This document shows positions 42,801 to 51,302 of a stretch of DNA of 59,347 nucleotides, one piece after another. How positions within the stretch are numbered: the first letter of the stretch is position 1; every line of letters starts with the position of its first letter. Source of the DNA: Acidimicrobiaceae bacterium (GTDB lineage: Bacteria; Actinomycetota; Acidimicrobiia; Acidimicrobiales; Aldehydirespiratoraceae); assembly GCA_028820455.1 (NCBI GenBank), contig JAPPJC010000001.1, positions 1 to 59,347 on the forward strand, given 5' to 3'. A program made the position numbers and the translations under genes. The notes beneath the pieces are model-generated. The model ran no database searches, was not told the origin of the DNA, and saw only the letters and a program-made list of their open reading frames with translations.

Positions 42801-42953
42801 GCAGATAACGGTGTACCCGAAGGCTCCTTGGTTCTTCCCTGGTTGTCTCCTGGAGCACCAGCGAATACTCTTATAGCAGCCAATGAGCTTTCTACTACAG
42901 TGAAAGTAGAACCCCTTGCTTCACCATCCTCAGGTGTTGCCACTTCCCCATGA
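39876..42953 (+). CDS. nuoG: NADH-quinone oxidoreductase subunit G
   Basis: IPRFCYHP..GMCRVC, NHPLDCPICDKGGECPLQD, RCILCDRC, CPVGAL; several low-complexity insertions. Confidence 0.95.
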   Translation: MVNITVDGMLVEAEEDELLISACERNGVHIPRFCYHPRMESVGMCRVCLVEVDTGRGATLQPSCVIAVAENMQVHTDSEATKKAQDGVLEFLLVNHPLDCPICDKGGECPLQDQTMAYGPGETRFVEKKRNFEKPIPISSTVYLDRERCILCDRCTRFADQVAGDPLIHFMGRGALSEINIFPDEPFSSYFSGNTVQICPVGALTALPYRFKARPWDLSDTLSTAWVDSMGARVNVQASHNRVLRLLGEDSEAVNWGWLSDKERFAFEALNHESRLRSPLIRNKASPITTVNDTDTETDETDTCTETHETDNLSDYGSAGNEADHDTPTADDFVETTWDEALSRTVDALAAAHPKRIAVLGGARLTNEAQYAWIKLIKGFLGCDNVDAQLNDGIKANLLLNLPRATISDTCRPDSTVILLGPDPKEELGSLYLRLRHAIMRDNVSLIEIQPCAGGLTSIAAHTLQPQPGETAVLVRSLVHAANYARSTRKAGIADIDAYLNKKTPGVGKKNKKNPTPKIAATSSNKGKAVRTANALEADVEIAGVASTEIAAAAKTLSLASEGVTIILGRPSLAESVQAIEEGLLELRKLPSVRFLSALRRGNIHGALNTGFAPAWLPGHTHQKATKKNPAVRSRFKEFWPKLPNNIGFDAQGILAAAARHEIDVLILLGADPLNDFTDRRMAHEGLQGASMVVAVDMFLNDSSSAAADVVLAAAGPTESEGTFTNLENRVTLMGHKVTPLGTSRPDWTIAAELAFRLNPEQDFNSDSPQAIRAELARVSDMHSMLTEEALNASPIEGVLLTKTGNPPKTADPSNGAGPSEVADPDKTASATTTATSVSSFTTTGFSAKQAAVKLSATPGISLPPPATRDSRSQTADLSKLADTASSLASDSGNLSASTDTSQIKKSAGYVNLKLVAIRTMYDDGVMLRHCPSSSKSVQPASARINPKALSRLGIANAAEVKITSDSGSINAKLYADNGVPEGSLVLPWLSPGAPANTLIAANELSTTVKVEPLASPSSGVATSP

Positions 42954-43044
42954 AAATGATCACTGCCACACCTGCAGCCACTGCCACACCTACGGATAGC
43001 ATCACACCCGCAGCCACTGCCACACCTGAGAATGGTAGAAGACC

Positions 43045-44334
43045 ATGATGTTTCCATCGACTATGCTTTTGGCAACCGACCCTCTGCTGAGTGAGCCGAT
43101 CGGCCAAGTTGATCTTCTGCTCATGTCGGCAAAAGTGCTGACAGCTTTTGCGTTTCTGCTGGTTTCAGTGATGCTATTGATCTGGTTCGAACGCAAACTC
43201 ATCAGTCATATGCATCAGCGTATAGGCCCTACGATTGCCGGCCCTTGGGGGATACTGCAGACACTAGCGGATGGCATAAAACTGTTTTTCAAAGAAGACC
43301 TCATCCCCAGCAATTCCGACCGTTTTGTATTCAAACTGGCACCTTACCTTTCGCTGGTGCCCGCATTTCTAATCTTTACGATCATACCTTTCGGTGGCGA
43401 TTTCAACCATACTTCCACCCAAACCGATCCCGCTGCTTTAGGCACTGTCACCTGGCGGGACCACGCCACTTACCTACAAATAGCCGATCCGCATGTGGGT
43501 ATTCTGTTGTTTCTGGCAATGAGCTCCATAGCAGTGTATGGCATCATGTTAGCAGGCTGGGCTTCAGGGTCGAAGTATCCTCTGCTCGGCTCAGTAAGAG
43601 CTTCAGCGCAAATGATAAGTTATGAGGCCGCTTTGGGGCTTTCGGTGGCCTCGGTTGTGCTTATGACAGGGTCAATCTCCACCCATGACATGGTGGCTGC
43701 ACAGGCAGGTGACGGATTCGCCGGAATACTCCCCAACTGGAATGTGCTGGCAACAGGATTGGTACCTTTTTTCGTGTTCGCTATTGCTGGCACAGCTGAA
43801 CTCAATCGTCCTCCTTTTGATCTGGTGGAAGCAGAACAAGAACTAGTGGGTGGCTTCCACACCGAATATTCTTCAATCCGTTTTGCGTTGTTTTTCTTAG
43901 CAGAATTCATGAACACGATCACCATGTCCGCTATCATTGTGACACTCTTTTTCGGCGGTCCAGCAGGACCAGTGCTGATAGACAGTATCATCGGATCAGA
44001 CATAGGCTGGGCTTGGGGCGTACTATGGTTTTTTGCGAAGCTGTTTGTGTTTCTGTTTTGTTTTGTGTGGGTGCGTGCTACTTTGCCTCGTTTCCGCTAC
44101 GACCAGCTCATGAATATGGGTTGGAAACTTCTAACACCAACAGCGTTGTTGTGGTTTTTGTTCTTGAGCGCAATTAACATAGGAGACTCCCAAGGCTGGC
44201 ATCGAGCACTAGTGCTGGCAGTTTCTCTTCCAATTATGCTGCTAGCCGTTGTACTGATAAAACAAGCAGCCATAAACAGCAGCCGAACCCAAGAACAAGA
44301 ACACACTCAACAACCTTTAGACAATAGTCCCTAG
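43045..44334 (+). CDS. nuoH: NADH-quinone oxidoreductase subunit H
   Basis: ERKL..RIGP, ADGIKL, NRPPFDLVEAEQELVGGFHTEYS, RATLPRFRYDQLM. Confidence 0.96.
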   Translation: MMFPSTMLLATDPLLSEPIGQVDLLLMSAKVLTAFAFLLVSVMLLIWFERKLISHMHQRIGPTIAGPWGILQTLADGIKLFFKEDLIPSNSDRFVFKLAPYLSLVPAFLIFTIIPFGGDFNHTSTQTDPAALGTVTWRDHATYLQIADPHVGILLFLAMSSIAVYGIMLAGWASGSKYPLLGSVRASAQMISYEAALGLSVASVVLMTGSISTHDMVAAQAGDGFAGILPNWNVLATGLVPFFVFAIAGTAELNRPPFDLVEAEQELVGGFHTEYSSIRFALFFLAEFMNTITMSAIIVTLFFGGPAGPVLIDSIIGSDIGWAWGVLWFFAKLFVFLFCFVWVRATLPRFRYDQLMNMGWKLLTPTALLWFLFLSAINIGDSQGWHRALVLAVSLPIMLLAVVLIKQAAINSSRTQEQEHTQQPLDNSP

Positions 44335-44409
44335 GCAAACAGCACATGCGCCCAGGGTATCAACCGTAGAAATCATCACACCAATAGTCCCTAGGCAAAC
44401 AGCACATGC
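44322..44409. repeat. 28-bp direct repeat pair, 60-nt period, covering the nuoH stop and next start
   Basis: caatagtccctaggcaaacagcacatgc at 44322-44349 and 44382-44409. Confidence 0.92.
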
Positions 44410-45128
44410 TAAAACAGTTTTATTTCAAACAACTTCTATCAGGACAGGATTTTGCGCATGACGACCCTCTAGCCGATGAGATGGTTAACTTTGTTTACGC
44501 TGTAGGTGACCGTGACACTTCTGAGGCTGTGCTGATCGATCCTGCTTACGATATCAAGGGACTCCTCAGGGTGCTAGAAGCCGACGGCATGAAATGCGTG
44601 GGAGTGCTTGCCACTCACTATCATCCTGATCATGTGGGTGGGCAGATGTCAGGACTGAATATCGAAGGTATAACACAACTTTTGACACTTGTGTCCGTGC
44701 CTATTTACATTCAAACCGACGAAACTCATTACGTACGAGCAGTTACAGGTGTAGGTAACGACCACTTGGTGAAATGCTCATCCGGTGAAACGATCTCAGT
44801 GGGCTCAATAGAGATTGAACTGATACACACCCCAGGACATACACCAGGTAGCCAATGTTTTTTAGTGGAAGACAGGCTCATAGCAGGCGACACGCTCTTC
44901 CTTGAAGGTTGTGGTCGTACTGACCTACCAGGGGGTGACCCAGCTCAGATGTATGAAAGCCTCACAACCAAACTAACTAAAGTACCAGACAGCGTAATCT
45001 TATATCCCGGTCATTATTACTCGTCCGAGTCTTCAGCAACAATGGGCCACACACGCCAGCACAACGAAGTGTTTCACCACTCAAACCGAAAGCAATGGCT
45101 AGCCAATTTTGCTCCTTTCCAGCTGTGA
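44406..45128 (+). CDS. MBL-fold metallo-hydrolase (glyoxalase II-like)
   Basis: THYHPDH, HTPGHTPGS, GDTLF..GCGRTD, YPGH. Confidence 0.92.
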   Translation: MLKQFYFKQLLSGQDFAHDDPLADEMVNFVYAVGDRDTSEAVLIDPAYDIKGLLRVLEADGMKCVGVLATHYHPDHVGGQMSGLNIEGITQLLTLVSVPIYIQTDETHYVRAVTGVGNDHLVKCSSGETISVGSIEIELIHTPGHTPGSQCFLVEDRLIAGDTLFLEGCGRTDLPGGDPAQMYESLTTKLTKVPDSVILYPGHYYSSESSATMGHTRQHNEVFHHSNRKQWLANFAPFQL

Positions 45129-45231
45129 TTAGAACCCCTACCCAGTGCTTAGAACAGGAAGCCGAATACACCCACACCGTACAACTCACACCCAGCTGTG
45201 ATTAGAACCCCTACCCAGTGCTTAGAACAGG
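45119..45231. repeat. 40-bp direct repeat pair, 73-nt period, covering the MBL stop
   Basis: ccagctgtgattagaacccctacccagtgcttagaacagg at 45119-45158 and 45192-45231. Confidence 0.92.
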
Positions 45232-45287
45232 GAATTCATAGGGGATGTCCAGTATAAGTAAGGGGTATAGTAAGGCTCGCCGTTGTG

Positions 45288-46610
45288 TTACAACGCAGTG
45301 TCGGTGGAATGTTGTTCTGCGTCTGTGGGCAGGATTACTTTTATTTCGGTTCCTTCACCGATTTGAGACCGGGCTTCAATGCTGCCACTGTGACCCCGGA
45401 CTATGTCCCAGACCAGGCTTAAACCCAATCCGGTGTTTCGTCCTGTATCCCAGGTGGTGAAGAAAGGATTGTACATTTTGGATTTGGTTTCTTCACTTAT
45501 TCCAGTGCCGTTATCGCGAATGAATATATTCACGTTATCTCCCGACTTTTTCGAAATCACTATCAGTCGCGGATGGTACTCGTCATTCGTATCACGGCGT
45601 TTCTCTGCCATTGCTTGGCAGGCGTTCATTACCAGGTTTACGATCATTCTTGCCACGTCCTCCGGAATTATTAGAACCTCCCCAATAGTCGGGGCGAGTT
45701 GCATCACAACCTTTGCTTCAAAGCCGGGTTCATAGGCTTGGATTGCACGGTATCCGAGGTCGGTTTGTTCTTTCAGTAGCTGGTTCAGGCCTACATACCG
45801 GAAACTGCCGCCGGTACCGCGATCGTAGATCATCATGGCAGACAAGATATTTTTCAGTCTTCCGCTGTGTTCTTCTATCCGGTCTAAATTTTCGGTAATG
45901 GTTTGGATTAATTCTTTGACTTCCAGCCGATCGACATCTTCAGGTTGTGCGCACATTTCTAGCAGCTCAACAGTAAATTCCTTGGATGCTGCCGTAAAGT
46001 TGACGATGAACTGTAAGGGGTTTCGCATTTCGTGAGCCACACCCGAAGACACCTCACCTAACTCGGCTAACTTCTGCTGACTGATGATACGGTCTTGGCT
46101 TTCCTGAAGATCGGTGAGAGCTTGCTCTAGCTCTGCGTTTCTTTCTTGGAGTTCATCCGAAAGTTGGGTTACTAGATCCAATTGCATCGCTTTGATACAA
46201 TTTTGGCGTAACGTTTCCAAGGCCAAGCAAGCTTTAGAAACTTCGTCTCGGCCTCGTGGTTCGATCTTATAATCGTAATCACCCACACCCAAGTGTCGGA
46301 TCCATACTTCTACGCCTATAGTCCGCAAACCCACCCTGACTATCAGCGACGTTTTAAGCAAAACTACAGCCAACGTCACCGCCGATAGTATCAATAGTAC
46401 AACGTTGCCTTGCACAGCCGCTACCACAGTCATGCTGATCAGTAGCAAGTTGATTGTAAACACCAGCAGAAAATGCTGCACAGAGTAACGACGAATGCTG
46501 AACTTGGACATGCCGAAAGGGTCGTTGGACTCTATGTTCGAGTCCAACACAGCAGTCTCGTCATTCATGACTACACACCTCCCATTCGCCTTATCACCAC
46601 CATCCAGCAC
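45288..46610 (-). CDS. membrane sensor histidine kinase
   Basis: 2 TM, HAMP-like segment, AHEMRNPL, NLVMNA, DNGTGI, PFFTT, TGLGL. Confidence 0.93.
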   Translation of the reverse strand: MLDGGDKANGRCVVMNDETAVLDSNIESNDPFGMSKFSIRRYSVQHFLLVFTINLLLISMTVVAAVQGNVVLLILSAVTLAVVLLKTSLIVRVGLRTIGVEVWIRHLGVGDYDYKIEPRGRDEVSKACLALETLRQNCIKAMQLDLVTQLSDELQERNAELEQALTDLQESQDRIISQQKLAELGEVSSGVAHEMRNPLQFIVNFTAASKEFTVELLEMCAQPEDVDRLEVKELIQTITENLDRIEEHSGRLKNILSAMMIYDRGTGGSFRYVGLNQLLKEQTDLGYRAIQAYEPGFEAKVVMQLAPTIGEVLIIPEDVARMIVNLVMNACQAMAEKRRDTNDEYHPRLIVISKKSGDNVNIFIRDNGTGISEETKSKMYNPFFTTWDTGRNTGLGLSLVWDIVRGHSGSIEARSQIGEGTEIKVILPTDAEQHSTDTAL

Positions 46611-46627
46611 CCCCTCCTCTCTGAAGA

Positions 46628-48019
46628 TCAGTCCAAGCCTTCAGTTTCTGCAGCATCAAGAGCGCTTATAACCGCATCTAGCATGCGTGCGCTGCATCCT
46701 TCCATCATGACAGGTGGCACATATTCTTCTGATAGCTGTCGTGCTATCCACTGAAAAGCTGCAGTGGCTGTGGTCGGTGTAGACATAGCAGCCGCTGAGG
46801 AAGCGGAAGCAGCATCAGATAATGGTGTAGACTCAGTATCAGTAGGTGCAAAAAAGGCAGGTGTCGTGTTGGATTCAAGGTCAGCAGTATCGGCAGTACC
46901 AGCTGTTAACAGAGCTGCCGGCTGACCACGGTCACACCCATCGGAAACTGCAGTATCCAAAGGTATGCGCCCCAACAGAGGAACCCCAACTTCCCGAGCT
47001 AACTGCTGCCCACCGCCAACACCGAACACGTTAAGGCTTTTGCCGTCAGGAGTGAACAGTTCGCTCATGTTTTCGATTATTCCCACTATCCGCAGAAAGT
47101 TTTTACGACCCATGTCCGCAACTCGCGCCGCTACCTTTTGAGCGGCTTTAGCAGGAGTTGTGACGATTATCATTTCAGCTCGGGGGAGCATTCTCGCTAA
47201 ACCCATCTGCACATCTCCTGTGCCTGGCGGCATATCGATCACCAAGTATGCAAGGTCGTCACTCCATACGACATCCTCACAAAAATGCTGCACAGCCCTG
47301 TTCAACATCAAACCACGCCACATAAGTGCGGTGTCTTCACGGTCAACCAGAAAACCCATGGACACCACATCCAAGCGACCCGAACCGACAGCCTGGGATA
47401 TAGGTATTATCTTGCCGTCTTCCGAACGCAAACTCCCTTCCAACCCCAGCATACGGGGAACCGAATAACCCCAAATATCAGCATCCATAACACCCACCGC
47501 AAAACCATTATTTGCTAGTGCTGCAGCTAAATTAGTGGCAACAGAAGATTTACCCACCCCACCTTTACCGCTAGCGATCATCAATACTTTAGTGGTGGCA
47601 GGTATTGACGTATCGGGAGCTTTCTGGGCTACGTTCCAACGGGCTTTCGCCATGGCGGCAGCCTTCTCACCAGCAGTCAATTCAGACCAAATAATTTTGA
47701 CTTTGGTAATGTCAGGCAACGACTCTAGCCGGGCTTTCACGTCACGTTGAATCTGCGCTCGTAGTGGGCATCCCGAGGTGGTGAGGGCAACCTCGACATG
47801 TACCACCCCGTCGGGTAATATTTGAACCCCACGAGCCATACCCAGCTCCACTAGGTTACTTCCCAGTTCAGGGTCAACCACTCCCCGCAGCAAGTTCATG
47901 ACATCCTCAGGCAACAAATCCGCGGATTCTTCTTGAACCTGTGCTGCAGTACCCTTTGACAAAGGCGAGGTAGCTTCAACTTCTTGGGACTGAGACGGCT
48001 GCAATCCTTCAACACTCAT
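46628..48019 (-). CDS. mrp: Mrp/ApbC Fe-S cluster carrier ATPase with N-terminal DUF59
   Basis: VVDPELG..LTTSGCP, ASGKGGVGKS, DADIWG, DMPPGTGD. Confidence 0.92.
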   Translation of the reverse strand: MSVEGLQPSQSQEVEATSPLSKGTAAQVQEESADLLPEDVMNLLRGVVDPELGSNLVELGMARGVQILPDGVVHVEVALTTSGCPLRAQIQRDVKARLESLPDITKVKIIWSELTAGEKAAAMAKARWNVAQKAPDTSIPATTKVLMIASGKGGVGKSSVATNLAAALANNGFAVGVMDADIWGYSVPRMLGLEGSLRSEDGKIIPISQAVGSGRLDVVSMGFLVDREDTALMWRGLMLNRAVQHFCEDVVWSDDLAYLVIDMPPGTGDVQMGLARMLPRAEMIIVTTPAKAAQKVAARVADMGRKNFLRIVGIIENMSELFTPDGKSLNVFGVGGGQQLAREVGVPLLGRIPLDTAVSDGCDRGQPAALLTAGTADTADLESNTTPAFFAPTDTESTPLSDAASASSAAAMSTPTTATAAFQWIARQLSEEYVPPVMMEGCSARMLDAVISALDAAETEGLD

Positions 48020-48102
48020 ACAGTTACATCAGCCCACTTTAAGGGCATGCCCATAATCAACGAACGCCACCTGAAGCCCTTCAATACTCATATAATCATC
48101 TT

Positions 48103-48227
48103 CAACGCTCACTATGATTATAGAGCTATATCAGCCCGCTATTACCACCACACCCATACTTGGCAACGCTCACTATGATTATAGAGCTATATCAGCCCGC
48201 TATTACCACCACACCCATACTTGGCAA
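48103..48227. repeat. 61-bp perfect tandem duplication
   Basis: Unit caacgctcactatg...catacttgg at 48103 and 48164. Confidence 0.92.
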
Positions 48228-48239
48228 TTGCAGCCAGCT

Positions 48240-48344
48240 CCTGCTTATGTTGCTATCGTAGCAAATATGGCATAATACATGGTACAAGCTGCTACTGCAA
48301 TCCCTGTGCTGTTACCTGCTTATGTTGCTATCGTAGCAAATATG
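48240..48344. repeat. 30-bp direct repeat pair, 75-nt period, covering the erpA start
   Basis: cctgcttatgttgctatcgtagcaaatatg at 48240-48269 and 48315-48344. Confidence 0.92.
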
Positions 48345-48662
48345 ATTACTCTTACCACAACAGCTGTTGAAAAAGTGGCTGAACTCATTGCAGCCGAATC
48401 TGAAAATGGTCTGGCTTTGCGCGTAGCAGTACGTCCCGGGGGCTGTTCAGGGTTTTCTTACGACATGTACTTTGATACCGATTTCGCCGAGGATGACCGC
48501 AAAGCCCAGTTTGGGAATGTTGAAGTAGTGGTGGACTCCTCCTCTGCAATGCTGCTCGAGGGAGCGACACTCGACTACTCGGACGGTTTGCAGAAAGCAG
48601 GCTTCTCTATCGACAATCCCAATGCGCAAAGAACCTGCGGCTGTGGCCAAAGTTTCAGCTGA
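48342..48662 (+). CDS. erpA: A-type Fe-S carrier (ErpA/IscA family)
   Basis: MITLTTTA, PGGCSG, NPNAQRTCGCGQSF. Confidence 0.9.
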   Translation: MITLTTTAVEKVAELIAAESENGLALRVAVRPGGCSGFSYDMYFDTDFAEDDRKAQFGNVEVVVDSSSAMLLEGATLDYSDGLQKAGFSIDNPNAQRTCGCGQSFS

Positions 48663-48680
48663 TACCTGACAAGTGAACAA

Positions 48681-49400
48681 GTGTCGGACAGTATACCCCT
48701 GCCTCCAGGATGGTATGAAGACCCCGAAAACCCGAGACTGTGGCGTTACTGGAAAGGAGATATGTGGACCGAACATCGGCAGCCACGAGACCCTCAACTT
48801 CCAAACTTAGCACCAGTCACACTTCCGAGTACTTCAAGTAGCTCCTACGTGAGATCACCTGCCTATGAGCCCCAGACACCAACGGCCAACAATCCGCAAC
48901 CATCTACCTACGCTCAACCAACCCAACAACCTATATCAGGCCCACACAACCACATTGAATCCTCCCTACCAACAAATGGAACAAATGGAGCACCGCCTCC
49001 AGGATGGTATGAAGACCCTGAAAACCCGAGACTGTGGCGTTACTGGAATGGCATCACTTGGACAGAAAACCGTGCAACCCACCAGCAACTGGCACAGCAT
49101 TACCAGCAGCAAACAACCTCCGAAGAGGAAACCAGCATACAGGAAAATCCTTTCAAGGATAACCAGCAAAAACTTCAGGATCAAGAGGATCAACAGCTAG
49201 TAGAGAACATCCGCCTGAAACAGGCAGAAGAAGTCGCAGAGAAGTCTATAAAGTGGTTTAAAACCAGCTGGCGCTACCCAGCACGTCGAGTCCTGATCAT
49301 AGCAGTACCTGTATTGATCTTCTTGTGGCCAGAAATGCTGTTTTCAATAATTCTCATTGGGTTGATCTTTGCATTGATTAAAGTGATGAAGAGCCTCTAA
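48681..49400 (+). CDS. DUF2510 domain protein (two copies) with C-terminal TM region
   Basis: PPGWYEDPENPRLWRYW.G..WTE twice. Confidence 0.85.
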   Translation: MSDSIPLPPGWYEDPENPRLWRYWKGDMWTEHRQPRDPQLPNLAPVTLPSTSSSSYVRSPAYEPQTPTANNPQPSTYAQPTQQPISGPHNHIESSLPTNGTNGAPPPGWYEDPENPRLWRYWNGITWTENRATHQQLAQHYQQQTTSEEETSIQENPFKDNQQKLQDQEDQQLVENIRLKQAEEVAEKSIKWFKTSWRYPARRVLIIAVPVLIFLWPEMLFSIILIGLIFALIKVMKSL

Positions 49401-49556
49401 ACCACCCTATACCCTAGCAGTCGAACCCTATACCCTAGCAGTCGAAAATCACCCATCTCAAAAGGCAGAAAAACTCTAGTAGTATTCGAAAGTGCAATAA
49501 TATCCCGAACCGAACACATCGAATTTCGGGTGGCTCGCAGGAAAACTCTAGCAACA

Positions 49557-50357
49557 TTAGAAATTGCCATCACCTGGGATCTCTTGGGCATGGGTGGGAT
49601 CTCGCGGGGTATCCGATGTCTGCTCACGTGTATGCTCACGGCTCCCACTCAGTAAGTTGGGGCTTAAGAGCTCCGCCATGCCAGGCCAACCGGGCAGCAA
49701 CTTTGAAAATCTCTTGTCCACATAAACAAAAGTCGCCAATATCAACAGAAACAGCATAATAAAGTTAAAAACTTGACGCCCTACCAAGAATATGTTCAAT
49801 TCGGCGTTGTTGAAAAGCCAGACATCCCAAACAGATGACGCTAATTCGTAGAATGCTGCTACCCATGTAACATTGCGCAGGGTCGTCACAAAAACCGGAT
49901 GACTACGCATGGCCTCAGGTAGACTCAAAACCTTATCCGCAGCCCACAGGGCAAGAGGCTTACCCACAAGTACGCTGCCAGCCATTATCAGGCCTATCAG
50001 CACTTTTGTAGCTATACCAGTACCGAAATATACCGCTTCACCACTAACTCCGAAATCTACTAGATTGCGTTCAACGGCTATACTCACAGCTGCTCGCACA
50101 AGCAGGTACACAGTGATCACGGGCAACCAAGTACCGATCGGCAGACCCCGACGAAGGCGACTGTAAGCTGCCTTTATCGACCATGCTGTAGCCGCGAGAA
50201 CTGCTATCTCAGTGTTTCCAAAGTTATAAAACACCAAAAACAGCACAACTGGCATGATTTGGTCGAACTGATGATGTGCCCCCGTTAAAGGCGCTACATC
50301 AATTTTTGGTGCAACAGCAGCTGGCAGTGTTTCAAAATGAGTGTCCTCTTCAGCCAC
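49557..50357 (-). CDS. membrane protein (DUF3159/VC0807-like)
   Basis: About six hydrophobic helices, SVLVGKPL motif. Confidence 0.6.
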   Translation of the reverse strand: MAEEDTHFETLPAAVAPKIDVAPLTGAHHQFDQIMPVVLFLVFYNFGNTEIAVLAATAWSIKAAYSRLRRGLPIGTWLPVITVYLLVRAAVSIAVERNLVDFGVSGEAVYFGTGIATKVLIGLIMAGSVLVGKPLALWAADKVLSLPEAMRSHPVFVTTLRNVTWVAAFYELASSVWDVWLFNNAELNIFLVGRQVFNFIMLFLLILATFVYVDKRFSKLLPGWPGMAELLSPNLLSGSREHTREQTSDTPRDPTHAQEIPGDGNF

Positions 50358-50367
50358 AGAAAACAGT

Positions 50368-50661
50368 TCACCCCACAGATATCTGAGACATCAATGCGGT
50401 TTTTTGTTCATCAAAAGTCGGTAGATCGATTTGCCCATCATCGTAGAGTCTGTGCAATTCTTCTACTTTTGCCACTATCTCAGCGTTGCTGAGTTGAGGC
50501 TCTGCGTTTTCTGATTCAACACCTGCTTCGTTCTCGGCTTCGGCATTTTCAGACTGACGGTAGTTGTTTCGCTCTAATCTTTTTTGGCGCTTAGCTTCAG
50601 CCCGAGCTTTTTTTGCCATGTCACGTTGACGTTTTGCGAAGGTAGATCGTCCAGTAGCCAC
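50368..50661 (-). CDS. small hypothetical protein, basic N-terminus and SHOCT-like C-terminus
   Basis: STFAKRQRDMAKKAR..; LHRLYDDGQIDLPTFDEQK; GGAG-type RBS upstream. Confidence 0.7.
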   Translation of the reverse strand: MATGRSTFAKRQRDMAKKARAEAKRQKRLERNNYRQSENAEAENEAGVESENAEPQLSNAEIVAKVEELHRLYDDGQIDLPTFDEQKTALMSQISVG

Positions 50662-50867
50662 CTTTATCTCCTCTTCTGGTTGTCTGTTATAGCCCGCATC
50701 TTGTTACCCAACAAGGCCATAAGCACAACTGAGTTCACATTGTAGAGGGCCCCAGCGCTCAGCGCATAGGGCTCAATAGTTCTTAGGTTCCATATTAAAG
50801 GCTATAGGATTACAGGCTATAGGCAAATAAGCAATCTGTTGACAAGTTTTAGGTTACATTTAAAAGC

Positions 50868-51155
50868 AAAGCACCCACGCGGTGGTTGCTGCGCCAGCCC
50901 ACTGGTGCTTGGCGGGCTGGCTGGCATCCGTCGTCGGGCGGTGTCGGGGTCTGGTCCTACCGCAGTGCCTATGGCGTCGTTGCGCACCACGCCCGCTAGG
51001 TCGCTGACCCATTCCACGTAATTCGTTTAGCGAACACCGCTCTCAACAAAGTCAACAAGCTGGGGTACACGCTGTGGCGTTGGAGAACCCGAATATCGAA
51101 TCGGTGCTCAGCGCGTGTCAACAACGATCCGCAGAAACTCGCTGACAACCTACTC
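50868..51155 (+). pseudogene. degraded, internally deleted ISL3-family transposase remnant
   Basis: Manual translation with frameshifts: APTRWLLRQP..WRAG / SG(P)YRSAY..AR*VADPFHVIRLANTAL / KLGYTLWRWRTRISN..ARVNN, resembling ISL3 motifs. Confidence 0.75.
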
Positions 51156-51302
51156 GACTGCCAATGGATAGCTCCAGAGACAGCGCATCAATCCAGTCGG
51201 CCTTAGCATCAGCACACCGCGCACAACATGTTGTTGCGTATCAATCGCAACCCCGGACGGATCGAGCTGACTGCTCTTCAACATGCGACCGCTGTAGTGC
51301 GC

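Noticed and set aside
50839-50867. TTGACA promoter candidate
   Set aside because: No convincing -10 box at 16-18 nt spacing, and only a transposase relic lies downstream.
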